Of a DNA stretch of 64,000 nt, positions 23,674 through 34,000 are shown one piece after another. The notes beneath the pieces were generated by a model. That model ran no database searches, was not told where the DNA came from, and was given only the letters and a program-made list of their open reading frames with translations. Both the position numbers and the translations under genes were made by a program. Position 1 is the stretch's first letter; every line of letters starts with the position of its first letter. Origin of the DNA: an uncultured Spirochaetota bacterium (lineage in GTDB: Bacteria; Spirochaetota; Spirochaetia; SZUA-6; Fen-1364); assembly GCA_963845535.1 (NCBI GenBank), contig CAWJSK010000019.1, positions 158,088 through 222,087 of the forward strand, read 5' to 3'.

Positions 23674-24168
23674 CTAGTCCCCCTTTCTCCCCAGCGACAC
23701 GGCAAGGCGGCGCCCCAGGTGGAACGCGCCGACCAGCCCTGCAAGAAGGAGAAACGCCGTCACTTCGACGCCAATGAGATAAGGACCGAGGAGAGACATT
23801 CCCACCTGGCGGGGAGTGACTTCCTTCACCGCCAGCGCAGCCGGCCGCCCGGCGGTAATGACGTAGACAAGCTCCGCCAGGAGAATGAGCCCCAGGATCA
23901 CGGGCCCCATCCACGTCCGCGGGCTCACCGTGTCATTGCGCGGCCCGATCAGCATGATCACGAACACGAACAGGACCATGATGGCCCCGGCGTAGATGAT
24001 GACTTCCAGGGCGGCAACGAACGCGGCGCCGAGGAGGAACATGATGACCGCAACGGCCAGGAGCGACACAACGAGGTACAGCAGGGCATGGACCGCGTTG
24101 CGCCTCGTGATGACCATGACCGTGGCCGCAATTGCGACGCACGCGCTGACGGCATAGACGAGGTTCAC
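23674..24168 (-). CDS. nuoJ: NADH-quinone oxidoreductase subunit J
   Basis: 164-aa membrane protein in the operon-conserved position between nuoI and nuoK. Confidence 0.8.
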   Translation of the reverse strand: MNLVYAVSACVAIAATVMVITRRNAVHALLYLVVSLLAVAVIMFLLGAAFVAALEVIIYAGAIMVLFVFVIMLIGPRNDTVSPRTWMGPVILGLILLAELVYVITAGRPAALAVKEVTPRQVGMSLLGPYLIGVEVTAFLLLAGLVGAFHLGRRLAVSLGRKGD

Positions 24169-24680
24169 GGCAGGAGGCTCCGCAGGTTGACCGGCGGCCT
24201 CTCGTTCTCAGCCTCTCCCTTGCCCTTGCCGCTGATCTCCATCCCGGAAACCCGATAGAAATTGTATCCGGGGTACTTGCCCTGGCCCGCTATAAGGAGG
24301 TCCTCCTTCTCATACACGAGGTTTTGGCGGTCGTACTCCGCCATCTCGTAGTCGGGGGTGAGCTGGATGGCGAACGTAGGGCAGGCTTCCTCGCAGAAGC
24401 CGCAGTAGATGCAGCGGGAAAAGTTTATCCGGAAGAACTCGGGGTAGCGCCGGCCTTTCTCATCGATGGCGGCCTGGAGGGAGATGCAGGAAACCGGGCA
24501 CGCCACGGAACACAGGTAGCAGGCGACGCAGCGCTCCTCACCGTCGGGGTCGCGGGTCAGGACGATCCGTCCGCGCCAGCGGGCGGGAAGCGCGCGCTTC
24601 TTCTCGGGATACAGGACCGTCACCCTCTTGTGGAAGGCGTGGCGGAAAGTGACCCACAGGGTCCTCAGGATGCTCCACAT
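24165..24680 (-). CDS. nuoI: NADH-quinone oxidoreductase subunit I (2x[4Fe-4S] ferredoxin)
   Basis: Two CxxCxxCxxxCP motifs ([12 protein letters not shown] and [12 protein letters not shown]). Confidence 0.9.
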   Translation of the reverse strand: MWSILRTLWVTFRHAFHKRVTVLYPEKKRALPARWRGRIVLTRDPDGEERCVACYLCSVACPVSCISLQAAIDEKGRRYPEFFRINFSRCIYCGFCEEACPTFAIQLTPDYEMAEYDRQNLVYEKEDLLIAGQGKYPGYNFYRVSGMEISGKGKGEAENERPPVNLRSLLP

Positions 24681-24728
24681 GACACAAGACTCCTTCGCGG
24701 GACGCCGCGGAGCGCCCCGAGCAATTCC

Positions 24729-25687
24729 TCAGTGACCGACTGCCAGCACAACGGCGCCGGTCACGGCCAGGTTCACGAGCGAGAGCGGAAGCATGACCTT
24801 CCACCCGAAGGCAAGAAGCTGATCGTAGCGGGGCCGGGGCAGCGCCGCGCGCACAAGGATGAACAGGCAGAGGAAGGCGCCCGTCTTCAGAAGGAACCAG
24901 ACGATAGGGGGAAGCACCGGTCCCTGCCAGCCGCCAAAGAACAGCGTCACGATCATCATCGAGATCAGCGTGATCCCGATGTATTCCCCGACATAGAACA
25001 TTGCGAACTTGAAGCCCGAGTACTCGGTGTGGTAGCCGGCAACCAGCTCGCTTTCCGCCTCCGGCAGGTCGAAGGGCAGCCTTCGCGTCTCTGCCAGGCC
25101 GGGCAATGAAGAAGACCACGAAGCCCACAAATTGCGGAACCACGAACCACAGGCCGCGCTGCGCCGCCACGATGTCCCTGAGGCTGAGCGAGCCGGCCAT
25201 CACCACCACTCCCAGGAGGGAGATGCCCATGAACACTTCGTAGCTCACCATCTGGCCCACCGCGCGGATGCCGCCCAGGAGGCTGAACTTGTTGTTGGAG
25301 GACCACCCCGCCAGGGCAACGCTGTACACCGCGAATGAGGACATGGCCAGGAAGAAGAGCAGGCCGATATCCAGGTCGGACACGAGTATGGACGGGGGCA
25401 ATCGGGATGACGGCAAACGACGCAAGCGTTGTCACCATGATGATTGCCGGCGCAATGATGAACACGGCTTTGTCCGCAAACGGAGGTATCCAGTTCTCCT
25501 TGGTGAAGATCTTCACCATGTCGGCAACCACCTGGAGAACCCCGAATGGGCCCGCGCGGTTGGGTCCGTACCTTTCCTGGAAGGACCCCAGGAGCCGCCG
25601 TTCCACCCATATGACGCCTGCGGCAATGAGCATCACCCCGACGATGACCCCAATGATGACGATGACGGAAATGCCAGCGGCGCTCAT
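24729..25687 (-). CDS. nuoH: NADH-quinone oxidoreductase subunit H, with two apparent single-base frameshifts at homopolymers (GGGGG at 25392-25396; GGG at 25102-25104)
   Basis: N-terminal part ([24 protein letters not shown]) is in ORF 24965..25687. The middle ([13 protein letters not shown]...[15 protein letters not shown]...VVFFIA) is in ORF 24538..25425. The C-terminus ([29 protein letters not shown]) is in ORF 24729..25130. Deleting one base in each run restores one colinear NuoH. Confidence 0.85.
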
Positions 25688-28419
25688 GGTGAGCCTCCGG
25701 CAGCGCTGCTCACCCGCGCCCTGTCGGGCAACTCCCGCACCGGCATTCCGGGGACGCCCCAGGGAACGCTCGCGACCCCGGGAGGCAGGTCACGCACCAG
25801 CACGGTGAGCGTTGCGGAAGCCGTTCCTTTTCCATCCTGGACGGTCACGAGCGCTTTGCCGCCTTCCCCGAGCCCAAGCGCTTTCGCATCCGCCGCGCTC
25901 ATGGCGAGATAGGGAGCGGGGGTCCGTGAGGCAATTCCTCGGGAAAGCGCGGACAGCTCCTCCGAGCCGAACACGTGGTGTCGGGCAACAAGCAGCAGCG
26001 TGCCGGGTCCTCCAGCAGGCGCGGGAGGGGACGCAGGGAAGTAGGCGCCGCCTGCCTGCGTCCGCGGTTCCAAAATGCGCACGCCAGCGTCTCCCCCGCG
26101 CAGCGGACCGCCCACTTCGATCTGGAACTTGTTGAGCGACTGGTCAGAGTTCCAACCCGGGGACCAGAACCTCGGGATGAGGGGGGACGGCGGCTGCTGG
26201 AGCATGCCTTCCATGGTGTATGCCAGCGGGGAATCTGCGTCCTGCGCGGGCCGGGGCTCGTGGAGGTTGATGTGGGCCGTGACGGCTGTGCGCCCCGTTT
26301 CCCGATGGCTCTTTCGGGGTATTGCCTGCCCCACCACGCGGAAGCTTGATAGCGGGGCCGCATCCCGTATCCCGGCGAGCTCCGGCATCCCGGTTGCAAT
26401 CTCGGCGAGCAGGGCATCCAGGCTTTCCCACCCCGCGGCGCGTTTGCCAATGAACGCGGCAAGCTCTCCCAACCAGCTCCAGCCCTCACGGGCAGGCGCC
26501 ACGGGAGGGAAGACCGCGAAGAACCTCTGCGCTCTACCTTCAAGGGACACAAGCGTCCCGCTGGATTCGGCGTATGTCGAGGAAGGAAGGAGGACGTGTG
26601 TCTTTTCCGTAGTGCCATTGGCGGTGTGATCCAGGACAACAACGAAACGCGCTGCGGCCAGGAGAGAATCAGCGGTTTCCGCGCTCACTTCGTGGAACAG
26701 GTCACCCTCGGCAATCACCAAGGCGGCGCCTGCTTTCTCCGTGAGAGCCTTGCGCGCTGACTCGATCCCCCCGCTGGCCATCATGGCAAGGGCAAGGCTG
26801 TTCGCTTCAGGGAAAACAAAGCTGATCTTCGGCGCCTTGCCGGCCGCCTTGAGCGCGCGCGTGATGTTGGCGGCGGCCTGGATGATCTCGGGGCTGCCCA
26901 GGCCGCAGCCGCTGACAACGAGCGGCTTCTCGGAAAGCATGAACGCCCGCGCAATGCGCTGCGCAGTGAGGCGGTTGTCATCTGATAACCCGTCAACGTC
27001 CGGCGCGGCAGGATCAAGCTCGTGCGCAACGGCGAACCCCAGGCGAGCTATATCCCGGGGCGCGGCGCGGAAGCACTCCATGGCAACTTCATCCAGCTCG
27101 GTGGGTTCAACGCTTGCCACAAAGAACGGGCCCTTCTTGTCATGGATGGCCTCCCGCAGGGCGGCGTCCTCCCACCTGTTGATGCGCTTCTGCTTCATGG
27201 CGGCGGCAGCAGGAACGTTGACGGCCGCCTGCCGGAGGGTGAGCGCCAGGATGGGCGCCGTGTTCCAGACGTCTTCTCCCAGGACCATCACTGCGTCAGA
27301 TGCCCCCGCATCACGCAGTGATGCGCTGGGGGCCGGGCCTTCCCGCAGGACGTCCAGCATCTGGCGCACCAGGGCAAAACGGGAGTCGCTTGTCGCGGCA
27401 AAGAAGCTCTGCGCGCCGACCAGCTCGCGGAGCGCGAAGTTCGTCTCAACGGAGGCGCGCGCTGAGCCTATTCCGACCAGGTGAGCGTCCTTGAGCGCTT
27501 CCGCGGCCCGGGAGAACGCCTCCGCAGGCTCGGCCTCCGTGAGCGTGCCTTCCTTGCGGACCATTGCCTTACGGACCCGCGAAGCGCCGTTCACGAACTC
27601 GTAGCCGTAGCGGCCCCGGTCACAGAGGAAGTAGCCGTTCACCTCGCCGTTGTAACGCGTGCGCACGCGCCGAAGCATGCCGTAGCGCTCGCCGGGGGTC
27701 GTGTTGCACCCCACCGCGCAATGCGCGCAGATGGACGGCGCGGTCTGCAGGTCCCACTTGCGCGTGTAATGCTCTCGCAGCGTCTTGTCCGTGAACACCC
27801 CGGTGGGACAGACCTCCACGAGGTTCCCGCTGAACTCGTTTTCCAGAACGCCGTCTTCATGGCGGCCGAAGTAGACGTTGTCATGCGCGCCAAGGACTTC
27901 CAGGTCCCGGCCGCCAGCATAGTCCCGGTAGAAACGGATGCACCGGTAGCACTGGATGCACCGGTTCATCTCATGGTTGAGGAAAGGCCCGAGGTTCTGG
28001 TTCTTGTGCGTGCGCTTGGTGAACCGGTAGCGGCGGTAGGTGTGCCCTGTCATCACCGTCATATCTTGCAGGTGGCACTCGCCCCCCTCATCGCAGATGG
28101 GGCAGTCATGGGGATGGTTCACCATGAGCCATTCGGTGACACGGGCGCGCATCTCGCAGGCTTCGGGATCATCCACGGCAACCCGCATCCCGTCAGTCAC
28201 AGGAGTCATGCAGGACATCACAATACGTCCCCGCGTGTCGTTGGCGTCCCGGAAAAGCTTGACCGCGCACTGTCGGCAGGCACCCACGGAATGCAGCGCG
28301 GGATGCCAGCAGAAATAGGGGAGGTTGAACCCCAGGGAGAGGCAGACCTGGAGGAGGTTCTTTCCTTCTCCATCCACCTGGTACGGACGTCCGTCTATCG
28401 TTATGGCCAGTTGTTTCAT
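25684..28419 (-). CDS. nuoG: NADH-quinone oxidoreductase subunit G (long, E. coli-type, ~911 aa)
   Basis: N-terminal 2Fe-2S and 4Fe-4S cysteine motifs (CWHPALHSVGACRQCAV; HPHDCPICDEGGECHLQD; CIQCYRCIRF). ATG 28419 overlaps the nuoF stop (ATGA). The track's start at 28431 is GTG. Confidence 0.9.
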   Translation of the reverse strand: MKQLAITIDGRPYQVDGEGKNLLQVCLSLGFNLPYFCWHPALHSVGACRQCAVKLFRDANDTRGRIVMSCMTPVTDGMRVAVDDPEACEMRARVTEWLMVNHPHDCPICDEGGECHLQDMTVMTGHTYRRYRFTKRTHKNQNLGPFLNHEMNRCIQCYRCIRFYRDYAGGRDLEVLGAHDNVYFGRHEDGVLENEFSGNLVEVCPTGVFTDKTLREHYTRKWDLQTAPSICAHCAVGCNTTPGERYGMLRRVRTRYNGEVNGYFLCDRGRYGYEFVNGASRVRKAMVRKEGTLTEAEPAEAFSRAAEALKDAHLVGIGSARASVETNFALRELVGAQSFFAATSDSRFALVRQMLDVLREGPAPSASLRDAGASDAVMVLGEDVWNTAPILALTLRQAAVNVPAAAAMKQKRINRWEDAALREAIHDKKGPFFVASVEPTELDEVAMECFRAAPRDIARLGFAVAHELDPAAPDVDGLSDDNRLTAQRIARAFMLSEKPLVVSGCGLGSPEIIQAAANITRALKAAGKAPKISFVFPEANSLALAMMASGGIESARKALTEKAGAALVIAEGDLFHEVSAETADSLLAAARFVVVLDHTANGTTEKTHVLLPSSTYAESSGTLVSLEGRAQRFFAVFPPVAPAREGWSWLGELAAFIGKRAAGWESLDALLAEIATGMPELAGIRDAAPLSSFRVVGQAIPRKSHRETGRTAVTAHINLHEPRPAQDADSPLAYTMEGMLQQPPSPLIPRFWSPGWNSDQSLNKFQIEVGGPLRGGDAGVRILEPRTQAGGAYFPASPPAPAGGPGTLLLVARHHVFGSEELSALSRGIASRTPAPYLAMSAADAKALGLGEGGKALVTVQDGKGTASATLTVLVRDLPPGVASVPWGVPGMPVRELPDRARVSSAAGGSP

Positions 28420-29684
28420 GTGTAGGGGCACCTCTTCTGGCGGACATGCGCATCGAAGTCTTCCTTGAAAAGCCGCAGCGCGCTCTGAAGCGGCTCCACG
28501 GCCCCGGGGGCAAGGGCGCAGAACGTGCGGCCCGGCCCGAGGAGCTTGCAGTGCTGCTCAAGGATCTCGATGTCCCGCTGCTCGCCCTTCCCTTCCTCCA
28601 TGGCCTGGAGGATCTTTGCCACCCAGGGCAGGCCTTCCCGGCACGGGGTGCACCATCCGCAGGATTCGCGGGCGAAGAACTTTTCCAGGCTGAGGAGCAT
28701 GCCGATGGGGCAGGTGTGATCATCAAGGACGACGATGGTTCCCGTCCCGAGCCTGCTTCCGGCCTTGGCCACGGAGTCGAAGTCCATTTTGACATCGAGC
28801 TGTTCGGCGGTGAGGAAATCAGTGGATGCGCCGCCGGGTATCAGGCCGCGCAGCTTCGCGCCGTCAGCCATTCCTCCCGCATGCTCCATGATGATCTCCC
28901 GGAGCGTCGTGCCCATGGGCAGCTCCCAGAGGCCGGGGTTTTTCACCTTTCCGCTCACGCCAAAAATCTTCGTGCCGGCGTCCACGGAGGCGCTGAGCGT
29001 CTTGTACCACTCCGGGCCTTCCCGCAGGATGTGGGGGACATTGCTCAGCGTCTCCACGTTGTTGACCACCGTGGGACGGCCCCACAGGCCGCTCACCTGC
29101 GGGAAAGGCGGTTTGTTTCGGGGGATGGCGCGCCGGCCTTCCAACGCGTTCAGGAGGCCGGTCTCTTCACCGCACATGTATCTGCCGGCGCTCAGGTGGA
29201 GACGCATCTCCAGATTCCATGATGATCCCAGGATGCCCTTGCCGAGGTAGCCGCGCTGGTAGGCTTCCGCCATGGCCTGTTCAATGCGGCGCGCGGCCTG
29301 CGTGTATTCACGGCGAAGGAATATGTAGGCGATGTCCGCCTTGACCGCCCAGGCCGCGATGATGGTCCCTTCGATGAGCTGGTGCGTGTTGCCTTCGAGG
29401 AGCAGCCGGTCCTTCATGGTGCCCGGTTCCTTCTCATCCGCGTTCACCACCACATAGCGGTGGCCGGCCGCGTCATCCATGGGGACGAAGCTCCACTTCT
29501 GCCCGGTGGGAAAGCCCGCGCCGCCCCGGCCGCGCAAGCCGGACTTGATCACGGTCTGCTGGACTTCCTGCGGGGTTGCCCCCAGCGCCTTGCGCAGCCC
29601 CTGGTAGCCGCCGGCGGCTTCGTAGGCGCCGACGTCGAGGTAGTCGCGTCCCGGCCTGATGCTATCGGTGAGCGGAGTGGGCAT
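28416..29684 (-). CDS. nuoF: NADH-quinone oxidoreductase subunit F (NADH/FMN-binding, 4Fe-4S)
   Basis: GRGGAGFPTGQKW FMN/NADH motifs and a C-terminal CGWCTPCREG cluster. ATG 29684 (MPTPLTDSIRPGRDYLDVGAYEA) follows AAAGGAA. The upstream part of the listed ORF is read-through across nuoE. Confidence 0.9.
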   Translation of the reverse strand: MPTPLTDSIRPGRDYLDVGAYEAAGGYQGLRKALGATPQEVQQTVIKSGLRGRGGAGFPTGQKWSFVPMDDAAGHRYVVVNADEKEPGTMKDRLLLEGNTHQLIEGTIIAAWAVKADIAYIFLRREYTQAARRIEQAMAEAYQRGYLGKGILGSSWNLEMRLHLSAGRYMCGEETGLLNALEGRRAIPRNKPPFPQVSGLWGRPTVVNNVETLSNVPHILREGPEWYKTLSASVDAGTKIFGVSGKVKNPGLWELPMGTTLREIIMEHAGGMADGAKLRGLIPGGASTDFLTAEQLDVKMDFDSVAKAGSRLGTGTIVVLDDHTCPIGMLLSLEKFFARESCGWCTPCREGLPWVAKILQAMEEGKGEQRDIEILEQHCKLLGPGRTFCALAPGAVEPLQSALRLFKEDFDAHVRQKRCPYT

Positions 29685-30156
29685 CTGGTTCCTTTCTGCA
29701 GTTGTCGATGATCTGGTCAGCCCGCTCGGGCGTGACGCTTTCCATGATTTCCCCGTCGACGAGAAGCGCGGGCCCCTTGTCGCAGGCGCCCAGGCAACCC
29801 ACCGGTATGAGCGTGAACTGACCATCAGCCGTCGTTTCACCCAGGTCCACGCCCAGCCTTTTCTTGAGGTGTTCCGTCAGCTTCGGCTCACCCGTCACGT
29901 AGCAGCTCACGCTGTCACACACCATGATCACGTGCTTTCCCACCGGGCTGCGGTAGACCAGGTCGTAGAAGGTGGCAATTCCGTCCACCTCCTCCACGGT
30001 CATCTGCAGCGCCTCCGCCACGTCCGATATCGCCTCGGAGGAAACCCAGCCCCGGCTCTTCTGGAGGATCATGAGCGCCTCGGAGACGGCGCCCCGTTTC
30101 TGTTCGTGGTGACGCAGCTCATTCTCGATGAGCTGCTTCTCCTTGTCGCTCAGCAT
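29662..30156 (-). CDS. nuoE: NADH-quinone oxidoreductase subunit E (2Fe-2S)
   Basis: 164 aa with a thioredoxin-like 2Fe-2S pattern (CDSVSCYVTG...VGCLGACDKGPAL). Confidence 0.9.
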   Translation of the reverse strand: MLSDKEKQLIENELRHHEQKRGAVSEALMILQKSRGWVSSEAISDVAEALQMTVEEVDGIATFYDLVYRSPVGKHVIMVCDSVSCYVTGEPKLTEHLKKRLGVDLGETTADGQFTLIPVGCLGACDKGPALLVDGEIMESVTPERADQIIDNCRKEPDAHSAHR

Positions 30157-30171
30157 CTCTCCTCCGCCCCC

Positions 30172-31959
30172 CTATCTGTCCAGATCTGCAAGCACATAGT
30201 CGATGCTCCCCAGGATGGTCACAAGGTCCGGCACGGTCAGCCCGCGGCTCATCATGGGCACCATCTGGATATGGGCGAAGGACGGCGTCCTGATGCGCGT
30301 GCGGTAGCTCATGGTACCTCCGTCGCTCACCAGGTAGTACCCATGGTTTCCTTTCGACCCTTCCGCGGCAAAGGTCGCTTCCCCCGGCGGAATGACCGGG
30401 CCCCAGCTCACCCCCAGGAAGTGGTTGATGAGCGTTTCGATGTCGTGCATGGTGCGCTCTTTGCGCGGCGGGGTTGCAAGGGGGTGGTCCGACTTGTATG
30501 GGCCCGAGGGCATGTTGGCAAGGCACTGCTCGATGATCCGCAGGCTCTGATGCATCTCTTCCACGTGCACCGCAAGCCGGTCATAGGAGTCACCGTGCTG
30601 CGCCGTGGGAACGTCGAAATCGAACTTGTCATAACCGCCGTAAGGCCGGTTCTTTCGGATATCGTAGCTCACCCCGCTGGCGCGGAGGAACGGTCCCGTG
30701 GCGCCCCACTCCAGCGCTTCCGTGGCGCTCACGGTCCCTATCCCCACCATGCGAGCCTTCACCATCCGGTTTTTCATGACGGAAGCGTCGTAGTCCCGGA
30801 GCCTTTTATGCATGTACGCGGTGAAGTCCCGAACCATCGTGTCCCAACCGACGGGCAGGTCCTGCGCGACCCCGCCAATGCGGAACCACGCCGGGTGCAT
30901 GCGGCCGCCCGTGACTGCTTCCACGATGTCGAACGCCCGCTCCCGGTCGGTGAACATCCAGAACACCATGGACATCTGGCCGATGTCCGCGGTGAACGTG
31001 CCGAAATAGACGAGGTGGCTGATGATGCGAAAGATCTCCGCCATCATGATGCGGATGACTTTTGCCCGGTCCGGGACCGTGATCCCCGCAAGGGTCTCGA
31101 CCGCCAGGACGTAGGGGAAGTTATTGAGGACCCCGCCCAGGTAGTCAATGCGGTCCGTGTAGGGGATGTACGTATGCCAGCTCTGGCGTTCCCCCATTTT
31201 TTCAGCGCCCCTGTGGTGGAACCCGATCTCGGGGACCACGTCCACGATCTCCTCCCCGTCCAACTGCGCCACGAACCGAAGGACGCCGTGCGTGGACGGG
31301 TGCTGCGGGCCGAAGTTCAGGAACATGAACTCGTGGTCGTGGTCCTCCCGCTTCAACCCCCAGTCCTCGGGGCGGAACTCCATCATGGAGAGCATCCGGT
31401 GGGCGTCTTCGCTGGACATCTGGAACGGGCCCATCTCCGTGGCGCGCGCCGGATGCTCCTTGCGCAGCGGATGGCCCTCCCACCACGGCGGCATCAGGAT
31501 GCGGAAAAGATGGGGGTGGCCGTCGAACTTTATCCCGAACATGTCCCAGACTTCCCGCTCGTACCAGTCTGCGTTGGAATAGATGGAGCTGACGGTGCCG
31601 ACGCTCGGCTGGTCTCCGTGAAGGGCAACCTTGATGCGCACGTCCTGGTTGCGCTCCAGGGAAAGGAGATGGTAGACCACGGTGAAATCTGAGGCGGGCT
31701 GGCCCTCACGGTGAACCCGCGTGCGCTCATCTATCGCCGTGATGTCCCACAGCATTGGGTAGGCGCCCTCGGGGGAGCTTTTCAGGTGCTTCAAGACGCC
31801 CGGGAGAAGCTCAGGGCTTACCCACGCTGTCGGGATTCCGTCCTTTGTTGATTGGGGGAGAATTGCCCCCTGGCCGAAGCGGTCCGACAGCTCTTGGAGG
31901 ATTCCTTGTGCCGTGCCGGCTTTGTTGGCCACTGCCTCAGCCCCCCGCGCTTCATCCAT
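30172..31959 (-). CDS. nuoCD: NADH-quinone oxidoreductase fused C/D subunit
   Basis: 595 aa, colinear with E. coli NuoCD across both halves ([20 protein letters not shown] in the C part; [28 protein letters not shown] and the C-terminal [12 protein letters not shown]...[13 protein letters not shown] in the D part). Confidence 0.92.
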   Translation of the reverse strand: MDEARGAEAVANKAGTAQGILQELSDRFGQGAILPQSTKDGIPTAWVSPELLPGVLKHLKSSPEGAYPMLWDITAIDERTRVHREGQPASDFTVVYHLLSLERNQDVRIKVALHGDQPSVGTVSSIYSNADWYEREVWDMFGIKFDGHPHLFRILMPPWWEGHPLRKEHPARATEMGPFQMSSEDAHRMLSMMEFRPEDWGLKREDHDHEFMFLNFGPQHPSTHGVLRFVAQLDGEEIVDVVPEIGFHHRGAEKMGERQSWHTYIPYTDRIDYLGGVLNNFPYVLAVETLAGITVPDRAKVIRIMMAEIFRIISHLVYFGTFTADIGQMSMVFWMFTDRERAFDIVEAVTGGRMHPAWFRIGGVAQDLPVGWDTMVRDFTAYMHKRLRDYDASVMKNRMVKARMVGIGTVSATEALEWGATGPFLRASGVSYDIRKNRPYGGYDKFDFDVPTAQHGDSYDRLAVHVEEMHQSLRIIEQCLANMPSGPYKSDHPLATPPRKERTMHDIETLINHFLGVSWGPVIPPGEATFAAEGSKGNHGYYLVSDGGTMSYRTRIRTPSFAHIQMVPMMSRGLTVPDLVTILGSIDYVLADLDR

Positions 31960-31981
31960 TCACTTTCTCCTCAAGGCGGTT

Positions 31982-31996
31982 CCGCCCGAAGGGCGG
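31982..31996 (-). other. stable stem-loop (CCGCCC-UUCG-GGGCGG on the transcript) in the nuoB/nuoCD intergenic region
   Basis: Perfect 6-bp GC stem with a UUCG tetraloop, about 20 nt upstream of the nuoCD GAGGAG SD. No U tract follows it. Confidence 0.35.
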
Positions 31997-32054
31997 TCTC
32001 CGGTAGACATATCTGCTCTTGCAGTGGCTCCCATGCCCGACAACCTCATAAGGG

Positions 32055-32654
32055 TTACAGGCCGTCCGGCGATCTGAGCTCCGTCTGTTTCTGCCGCTCA
32101 GGCCGCATGGCGTCCCGCAGGGACGGCTTGGCGGACCGCACGACCCCTTGAGGCCCCACGAGCCAGGAGAGGGGGCGTTTTTCGCTGGCCACGGCTTCCC
32201 CCAGGAGCACCAGGCCGCGCATGAACGCGTCCGGGCTCGGCGGGCAGCCCTGCACGTACACGTCAACGGGAAGGAACGTATCCACCCCCTGGACCACGCT
32301 GTAGATGTCGTACATGCCGCCGGATCCCGCGCAGGATCCCATGCAGACGACCCAGCGCGGCTCCATCATTTGCTCGTACATGTGCATGACCAGGGGCGCC
32401 ATCTTCACGAAGACGGTCCCGGCAACCACCATGAGGTCCGCCTCCCGCGGTGATCCGCGGATGATTTCCGACCCGAAGCGCGCAATGTCAAATTTGCTCG
32501 TGATGGAGGTGGCCATTTCCACGTAACAGCAGGAAAGCCCGAAGTTGAACGGCCACAGGGAATACTTGCGGCTCCAGGCCAGCAGGTCGGCCCTGCGGGC
32601 CAGGTACAGGTCCCCATACGTGGACGCCCGAATATTGCCTGACTCAGTGTGCAC
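32055..32654 (-). CDS. nuoB: NADH-quinone oxidoreductase subunit B (4Fe-4S N2)
   Basis: [14 protein letters not shown]...[36 protein letters not shown], the canonical NuoB cysteines. 199 aa with an extended C-terminus. Confidence 0.9.
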   Translation of the reverse strand: MHTESGNIRASTYGDLYLARRADLLAWSRKYSLWPFNFGLSCCYVEMATSITSKFDIARFGSEIIRGSPREADLMVVAGTVFVKMAPLVMHMYEQMMEPRWVVCMGSCAGSGGMYDIYSVVQGVDTFLPVDVYVQGCPPSPDAFMRGLVLLGEAVASEKRPLSWLVGPQGVVRSAKPSLRDAMRPERQKQTELRSPDGL

Positions 32655-33090
32655 TGCTCACCCCATGCCTTTCCCGGTGCTCCCGCAGCCTCCGCGCCCC
32701 CCAGGCAAACGCCCCCATGCGCCACAGGTACGCGAGTCCCACCACCGTCTCGATCATGAACACAAGGATGGCCGCGTACCCCATCCAACCCAGGTCACGG
32801 ACTGCCACGGCCCATGCAAAAAGGAAGACTGCGGAAATGTCGAAGATGACGAAGAACATGGATACAAGGTAAAAGTCCGCGGAAAACCTCAAGCGAGCGG
32901 AGCCGGTTGGCTCCACGCCGGATTCATAGGGGTAATTGGTGCCCCTCTGGTTGTGGCGCTCACCTGAGAGATGAGTCACAATCATGAGAAGCCCGACAAG
33001 CACGACGACGACGGTGAGATAGACGGCCAGCGACAGCAGTGCGCTCATCATTTCTCCGCGGGTCACAGGATCGACGTTCGACGGTGCCAC
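32644..33090 (-). CDS. nuoA: NADH-quinone oxidoreductase subunit A
   Basis: [30 protein letters not shown] matches the NuoA core. Start uncertain: 33090, or an internal MM about 39 nt downstream. An AT-rich promoter-like stretch with a CACGGC-TTC-GCCGTG hairpin lies just upstream (33098-33112). Confidence 0.8.
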   Translation of the reverse strand: MAPSNVDPVTRGEMMSALLSLAVYLTVVVVLVGLLMIVTHLSGERHNQRGTNYPYESGVEPTGSARLRFSADFYLVSMFFVIFDISAVFLFAWAVAVRDLGWMGYAAILVFMIETVVGLAYLWRMGAFAWGARRLREHRERHGVSSAH

Positions 33091-33142
33091 GGCGAAGCCG
33101 TGACAACATTCGCATAAAATCTATAAACGCGGAGTCAGAGAG

Positions 33143-34000
33143 TCAAGGAATCGCTTGCGCAATCACGTAATCGAGCAGATCGTGAAGCGTTGTGCGGTAT
33201 CTGGTGTCAGGAAGGGCGTTGAGGGCCGCCCGGGCGCGTTCTGCGTGCCCAAGGGCCTTGGCAAGAAGGTCCACCGTGGATTCCAGGCCGTGGTCCTTGT
33301 CCATGACGTCGTCGATCATCTGGAAGGCAAGGCCGAAATCCAGGCCGAGCTCGCTCACGCAGGAGAGGGTGGCGTTCGGCGCTTCTCCCAGGAGCGCGGC
33401 GGTCTTGCAACAGGCGGAGAAAAGCACCGCGGTCTTGTCCGTGGCAATTTCCTTGTATACCTCGAAGGTGAGCGGCCGGGCCGCGGAACGGGCTTCCTGG
33501 GCAAGGATTTCACCCTTGCACATTGCCTTCGTGGTTTCCAGGAACACGTCCAGCATTGCAAAACGCTTGCGCGCTTCAATGCGGGAGAGCCCGGTGATGA
33601 GGGTGAAGAAGTGCGTGTACAGGATGTCTCCGGCGAGCACGGCAATCTTGTTCCCGAACATCTTGTTCAGGCTCACCTGGTGGCGCCGCGAATCCGCGCC
33701 GTCAATCACGTCGTCATGCACGAGGGAAGCGGCGTGGAGGACCTCCACTGCCGCGGCCAGCGAGACAAGGGAGTCCGCGTCCGCGCTGGCCTCCAGCGCG
33801 CGGTAGGAGAGCAGCACCAGCGCAGGGCGGATCCTCTTGCCGGGGACGGTAAACGGATGCTGGACGATCCCTCCAATGATCCCCAGGCGGGAGCGGTTGA
33901 GGTCCATCTCCGAGCCGACGTGCTTCATGAGGGTTTTCAGCTCAACGTCCACAGCGGTCATTTCGTCACGGAGAGGCTCGAAGACCTTGTCCAGGGTCAT
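33143..34000 (-). CDS. polyprenyl-diphosphate synthase (trans-isoprenyl diphosphate synthase family, IspB/HepT-like)
   Basis: Two Asp-rich motifs (LVHDDVIDGADSRR and FQMIDDVMD). 285 aa. Confidence 0.8.
   Translation of the reverse strand: MTLDKVFEPLRDEMTAVDVELKTLMKHVGSEMDLNRSRLGIIGGIVQHPFTVPGKRIRPALVLLSYRALEASADADSLVSLAAAVEVLHAASLVHDDVIDGADSRRHQVSLNKMFGNKIAVLAGDILYTHFFTLITGLSRIEARKRFAMLDVFLETTKAMCKGEILAQEARSAARPLTFEVYKEIATDKTAVLFSACCKTAALLGEAPNATLSCVSELGLDFGLAFQMIDDVMDKDHGLESTVDLLAKALGHAERARAALNALPDTRYRTTLHDLLDYVIAQAIP

Noticed and set aside
29659-31692. 677-aa plus-strand ORF across nuoE and nuoCD
   Set aside because: Antisense to strongly conserved nuoCD.
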